Shown here in pieces: positions 30,836 through 32,000 of a stretch of DNA of 32,000 bases. Under the pieces are notes generated by a model that ran no database searches, was not told the origin of the DNA, and was given only the letters and a program-made list of their open reading frames with translations. Positions within the stretch are counted from its first letter, which is position 1; each line of letters starts with the position of its first letter. The stretch comes from Methanothermobacter sp. K4 (GTDB taxonomy: Archaea; Methanobacteriota; Methanobacteria; Methanobacteriales; Methanothermobacteraceae), in assembly GCF_022014235.1 (NCBI RefSeq), contig NZ_JAKLTD010000002.1:172284-204283 (forward strand). The letters run 5' to 3'. The translations under genes and the position numbers were made by a program.

Positions 30836-32000
30836 ATGAAATCCGCCATCCATGATTCAGGGGCCGGTGGGATCAGGGAGATGCTCAGGGCACGCATCCC
30901 CCCATCGATTCTACCATACATTCCCCTCGTCATCATAGCACTGCTTTTAATCATCAAACCATACTATCTCTTCCCCACGCATGGTGATCTGGACTTCCAC
31001 CTCGTTAGGGCAAGGGAAATAATGATTGACCCATTCCAGGGCCTCATCTGGGACTACCTGGTCTACCATCCCATGGGGAGGCCCCTGGGTCATCCGCCGC
31101 TGCTTCATGTTATACTGGCAGGTTTCTGGACACTGGGTGGTGTCAGGTTTGCCCACTCCATCATGTGCATGCTGCAGATACTCCTCACAGTGTTTACAGC
31201 ATCCTTTGTGGCCTCCAGGTGGTACGGTGAGAGGGCCGGGCTCATAGCAGGTGCCCTGGTACTCGCATCTCCCCGTCCAGACACCCTTTCAGTTATAATG
31301 CCGGCAGCCTACATACCGGTCCTTCTGGTACTCACAGTTTACCTCCTGTCAGAGAACCGGCTCTCTGCAGCGGTTACAGGGACCCTTGCACTCTGGACCC
31401 ACTTCATAGCACTCATAACAGTCGTCCCCGCGGTGCTGGCAGATGGTGTGAGGAGGAACCTCAGGGTGCTCCTCCTGCTCCTCCCATCCTTCATATTATG
31501 GGGGGCATACTTCCTCACATCTCGGGGGGCCCCATCTGAGCCCGTGAATGGTGGCTACTTCAGTATCGGCTGGCTTGTGTTCCTCATACTTCTATACTTC
31601 GGGGTCCCTGGGATCTACCTTGTGAAGGGGCGGAGGGAGTTCAGGCCCCTGGTGGCCTACATTCTCATAGTACTCCTTGCTGAGGTCATCTTTGATGATC
31701 TATCGAGGGGGCTGCAGTACGTGGCACTCCCCCTGGCGGTTGTGGGGGGATACACCGGCTCACGGTTACTTGAGAACCCCTCAGGGGCTGTGAGGCTGGT
31801 TACCGGGATTCTCATAGTCTCATCTGCAGCGGTCTTCACTGAGCAGCTCCTGCTCACAGATATAGGCTGGTCAGATATTGATATACCCTTTGAAAACCGC
31901 TACTACCCCCTTAAGGAGTACCTGGATACACATACGGGTCCCCATGATGTGGTATGGGCCTCAAGTTCAGTTGCCGATAAGGTCGCCTGGATGACAGGTA
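30836..32000 (+). CDS. Polytopic integral membrane protein, 3'-truncated by the window edge (possibly GT-C-type glycosyltransferase-like); absent from the ORF track
   Basis: My own translation of frame 2 is stop-free from 30803 to 32000. Candidate starts are ATG 30818 or 30836. It gives MKSAIHDSGAGGIREMLRARIPPSILPYIPLVIIALLLIIKPYYLF..HPPLLHVILAGFWTLGG.. with at least 8 hydrophobic helices. The GT-C guess is weak. Confidence 0.6.
   Translation, partial: MKSAIHDSGAGGIREMLRARIPPSILPYIPLVIIALLLIIKPYYLFPTHGDLDFHLVRAREIMIDPFQGLIWDYLVYHPMGRPLGHPPLLHVILAGFWTLGGVRFAHSIMCMLQILLTVFTASFVASRWYGERAGLIAGALVLASPRPDTLSVIMPAAYIPVLLVLTVYLLSENRLSAAVTGTLALWTHFIALITVVPAVLADGVRRNLRVLLLLLPSFILWGAYFLTSRGAPSEPVNGGYFSIGWLVFLILLYFGVPGIYLVKGRREFRPLVAYILIVLLAEVIFDDLSRGLQYVALPLAVVGGYTGSRLLENPSGAVRLVTGILIVSSAAVFTEQLLLTDIGWSDIDIPFENRYYPLKEYLDTHTGPHDVVWASSSVADKVAWMTG

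Noticed and set aside
30790-30957. Tracked 56-aa N-terminal extension of the YbjQ-domain ORF
   Set aside because: It overlaps the start of the divergent membrane-protein ORF and has no homology-like features. The internal Met (30789) gives the usual zinc-ribbon plus YbjQ architecture.
1-32000. Search for tRNA, rRNA, IS elements/transposases, integrases or prophage remnants
   Set aside because: I saw no cloverleaf-type GC-rich segments (for example GGTTCRAATCC-like T-arms) in the intergenic regions. I found no terminal inverted repeats flanking an ORF and no transposase- or integrase-like translations. This was an eye scan only, so small ncRNAs cannot be excluded.

Overview
This is a chromosomal window from a pseudomurein-type methanogen (order Methanobacteriales). 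Gene content, GGAGGTGA-type RBSs, TTTAWATA boxes and an MTH538-like protein point to Methanothermobacter; that call rests on my memory of family sequences, not on a search. I support about 30 protein genes and saw no rRNA, tRNA, CRISPR array or IS element.

Layout, left to right:
- A 5'-truncated hypothetical gene.
- A 1485-aa CobN-like protein with a signal peptide and a C-terminal membrane anchor.
- An orphan CARF-wHTH (Csa3-like) regulator next to a degenerate archaeal ATPase.
- A five-gene operon of small envelope proteins: DUF2085, FxLYD-like, a small polytopic protein, a zinc-ribbon/PsbP-like protein and a pseudomurein-binding-repeat protein. A secreted HxxE...H hydrolase follows it.
- A small zinc-ribbon gene, a DUF169 gene and a small acidic gene.
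- A minus-strand operon (12.1-18.5 kb) with three Mur-ligase modules, two of them fused in one 1005-aa ORF. It also holds a VanW-like exported protein that appears frameshifted into a MobA-like nucleotidyltransferase.
- A class-III-signal pilin-like gene, msrA, a two-subunit 2-oxoacid:ferredoxin oxidoreductase and a TIR-like MTH538 homologue.
- A Lys/Tyr-rich secreted transglutaminase-like protein.
- A nurA-herA-mre11-rad50 operon and a zinc-ribbon-YbjQ gene.
- A 3'-truncated polytopic membrane protein that is missing from the ORF track.

Most interesting observations:
- The Mur-ligase/nucleotidyltransferase operon is a candidate complete pseudomurein peptide-activation module.
- The 613-aa ORF looks like a frameshift chimera.
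- The CobN-like protein is predicted to be surface-tethered.
- Two secreted proteins have RBS geometry that points to ATT start codons.
- Several local duplications and a recurrent C-run/oligo-T terminator motif are present.
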